A stretch of DNA of 64,000 bases. Source: Hypanus sabinus (lineage: Eukaryota). Both the position numbers and the translations under genes were made by a program. This document shows positions 60,810 to 64,000 of this stretch, in pieces (position 1 is the first letter of the stretch; each line of letters opens with the position of its first letter). Location of the stretch: NCBI RefSeq assembly GCF_030144855.1, contig NC_082709.1, forward strand, positions 172,360,001-172,424,000. Direction: 5' to 3'. The notes under the pieces were generated by a model that searched no databases, was not told the origin of the DNA, and saw nothing but the letters and a program-made list of their open reading frames with translations.

Positions 60810-63800
60810 ATTTTGCCTCCCAGGTGCCAGGGTCATGGATGTCTCAGACTGGGTCCACAGCATTCTAAAGGGGAGAATTTCTGATGACCAACGACATAGG
60901 CAGGAAAAGGGATGAGGTCCTGCAGAGTTTATAGGAAGTTGAGGAGAGAGCTGAGCAACATGACCTCCAGTGTTGTGATCTCTGGATTGCTGCCTGTGCC
61001 ACATACCAGCGAGGGTGAAAATAGAATGATTTGGCAGATGAATGCATGGCTGGGGAATTGGTGCAGGGTATCTGGATCATTGGGATCTCTTCTGGGCGAC
61101 GTACAACCTCTACCAAAGGGACAGATTACACCTGAACCCAAGGGGGACCAGTAACTTTGTGAGCACGTTTGCTAGTGCTGTTCAGGATGGTTTAAACTAA
61201 TTTGGCAGGGGGATGGGAGCCAGAATGATAGGGCTGAGGATGGGACAGTTGGTACCCAACTACAGTAGAGGCAGTGTGTTCTGAGACTATGAAGGAGGAC
61301 AGGCAGATGATGGGATGAGGTGAAGTGTAACATTGGGGCAAAAATCAAAAAGACTGATGAAAATGGGACTGAAGGTGTTACATTTGAATGCACGCTACAT
61401 ACAGAACAGGGTAGATGATCTTGAACATCTGCTGAAGATTGGCAGGTATGACATTGTGGGCTGTAAAAAAGATCGTAGTTGGGAGATACACATTGTATCG
61501 ATAGGACAGGCAGGTAGGCTGAGTGGGTGACATGGCTCTGCTGGTAAGGATGAAATTAAATCCTAAGAAAGATCAGAAGATACAGATTTATTGTGGGAAG
61601 ATGACTTGTTGGAGCAGCTTGCAGTTGAGCCTAGGGAAACACAGTTCAGGATTGGATGTCACATAATGGGACAGCATTGATTGGGGAGCTCAGTGAAAGG
61701 ATTCCTTAAGAGGCAGTGATGATAATATGATAGAATTCACCCTGCAGTTTGAGAGTGAGAAGATAACCTTTCAGGTACATCAGTACTGCAGTGGAGGAAA
61801 GGGAATTACAGAGGAATGAGAGAGGAGCTGGCCAAAGTTAATTGGAAGGCCTGAACAGATTAGATATGGCAAAGTTATTTCCCATGGTAGGGGATTCTAG
61901 GACAAGAGGCTATGACTTCAGGATTGAAATACATCCATTTAGAACAGAGATATGGAGAAATTAGTCAGAGGGTGGCAAACCTGTGGAATGTGTTGCCTCG
62001 AGCGGCTGTGGAAGCCAAGTCATTGGGTGCATTTAAGGCAGAGATAGGCTCTTGATTAGGCAGGGCATCAAAGGGAAGAATTGGATCAGCCCATGATTGA
62101 ATGGTGAAGCAGACTTGATGGGCCAAGGTCTTATGGAAGGGGACACTAGAAGGGATGGCAGCTGAGCAGCAATGGCTGGAGTTTCTGGGAACAATTTAGG
62201 TGTAGAATAGATAGATCCTGAAGAAGGGAGGATGATGAAACTGTGGCTGACAAGGTAAGTCAAAGACAGCATAAACGCAATAGAGAGGACATACGATATA
62301 GCAAATATTTGTGGACATTAGAGAAGATTTGAAAGCTTTTAAAACCCAACAGAAGGCAACTGAAAAAGGTATAGAGAGACAAAAGATGTAAGCTATCCAA
62401 TAATAAGATACCAGAAGATTTTTCAGATGTATAAAGAATTTAAAATTGAGGCAAAAATGCAGACAAATTAATAAGTATTTTTGCATCAGTTGTCACTGTG
62501 GAAGACGCTAGCAGTATGGCAGAAATTCAAGAGTGTCAGGAGGCATACGTGAGTGTAATTGCTATTGAGGGAGAAGGTGCTTGAGAAGTTGAAAGGCCTG
62601 AAGGTAGATAAGTCACCTGGACTACACCCTTGGGTTCTGAAAGAGGTAACTGAAGAGATTGTGGAGACATTAGCAGTAACCACAAGATTATGGAATGGTT
62701 CCAGAGGACTTGAGAATTGTAGATGTCACTTCACTCTTTAAGAAGGGAAGGAGAAGGAAAACAGAAAATTGTAGGCTAGTTAGCCTGACTTCAGTAGTTG
62801 GGAAGATATTGGGAGTCGATTATTAAGGAAAACATCTCAGGGTTCCTGGAGGCACATGATAAAATAGGCCATAGTCAGCTTGGTTTCCTCAAGGGAAAAT
62901 CTTGCCTGACAAATCTGTTGGAATTCTTTGTGAAAATAACAGGCAGGACAGACAAAAGAAAGTCAGTGGATGTTGTTTACTTGGATTTTCAGAAGGCCTT
63001 TGACAAGAAGCCACACATGAAGCTGCTTAAAAGAGTAGGGAAAGTACTAGTATGGTTAGAAGATTGGCTGACTGGCAGGAGGCTAAGAGTGGGGATGAAG
63101 GAGCCTTCACTGGTTGACTGTCAGTGACTAGTGCTGTTCTTTAGGAGCCGGTGTTGGGACCTCTTCTTTTCATGTTAAATATCAATGATTTGGATGATGG
63201 AATTGATAGCTTTGTGGCCATGTTTGTGGATGATACCAAGATCGGTGGAGAGTCAGATAGTGTTGAGACAATCTTAATGTGGACAAATTTAATATCTAAC
63301 TTAAGAGATCTTCTGTTAAAATAGGAATGCTCTGTGTGTGTATGCACTACCATTCAGTTTGGTTGGTGGAGGGGAGAGGGGGATGGGGATGAGGGTTGGT
63401 GGGTGGCTGGGTTAACAGTCAAAATGTAATCAGTAACTGGTTGTATTGAATGTAATTTGTTGGTTTTGCAATAAAAATTAGAAATAAAAAGTGTTGAGGA
63501 AACTGAGTCTGCAAAAGGAATAAGATTAGGAGAATGGGCAAAGAAGAGGCAGATGGAATATAGTGTAGGAAAGTGTATGGTCATGCACTTTGGTAGAAGG
63601 AATGATAAGGGTGATTATTTTCTAAATGATGAAAATTCAAAAATCAGAGATGTCAAGGGATTGGGAGTCCACATGTAGGATTCGCTAAAGGTTAATTTGC
63701 AGGTTGAGTTGGTGCTGAGGCAGGCAAATGCAACGTTAGCATTCATTTTGAGAGGACTAGAATATAAAAGCAAGGGTGTAATACTGAGGCTCCATGTGGC
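60810..63800 (+). mobile_element. Old, near full-length CR1 LINE (ORF1 SGNH-esterase remnant plus decayed ORF2) with nested insertions
   Basis: VVISGLLPVP..NAWL..WC (ORF1). LKVLHLNAR (endonuclease start), GKSCLTNLLEFF and [14 protein letters not shown] (ORF2). Confidence 0.88.
63268..63489 (+). mobile_element. L1-like 3' end inserted in the CR1
   Basis: AATAAA and A-rich tail. 9-bp TSD agtgttgag at 63259-63267 and 63490-63498. Confidence 0.7.
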
Positions 63801-64000
63801 ATTTGGGTCAAGTATAACAAGGTTACCCGTACATGTAGTCTTGTGCAGCTTCTCTGGTGCTGAAGGGATGGCAAGCAAAAAACAGAATCTGTAATAGGAA
63901 CTAAAGGTAATTGTTTCATTCTTCCCAAATTTCAGTTGGACATTTCTGCTCATCCAGATCAAGAGCGTGGACAGATAATGTAAGAGGGATAGTTACCAAC

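Noticed and set aside
60000-64000. Expected BRWD1 3' end, the human neighbour of PSMG1
   Set aside because: Almost entirely Rex and CR1 remnants. No recognisable BRWD1 coding sequence.

Overview
Vertebrate genomic DNA, not prokaryotic. The repeat complement (CR1, Rex1/Babar, Neptune-type Penelope-like elements, V-SINEs, Tc1) points to a cartilaginous fish, probably a ray; this is inference. There is a 200-N scaffold gap at 31845-32044. The only host gene I can support is PSMG1 (proteasome assembly chaperone 1) on the minus strand: 7 coding exons from ATG 59649 to TGA 33303, 843 nt, 280 aa, all GT-AG introns in consistent phase, ending in the HbYX motif LYT. Its CpG-island promoter carries a ~40-bp-periodic array of CTCF-like motifs, and intron 1 has a 38-bp minisatellite. 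Most ORFs in the supplied track are transposon fragments or noise. The most interesting observations are: (1) a composite DNA transposon made of two tiny Tc1/mariner-type mini-MITEs bracketing ~360-390 bp of cargo, present twice, once splitting a CR1 remnant at a TA; (2) many hammerhead-ribozyme-bearing Penelope derivatives, including a 97-bp ribozyme-plus-tail unit with its own 10-bp target-site duplication; (3) two young CR1 copies sharing the same frameshift beside the RT catalytic motif; (4) a Penelope tail duplicated together with its non-repeat flank; (5) candidate enhancer and CTCF islands 3' of PSMG1, the side that faces ETS2 in human. Repeat boundaries are approximate unless a TSD or TIR is quoted.
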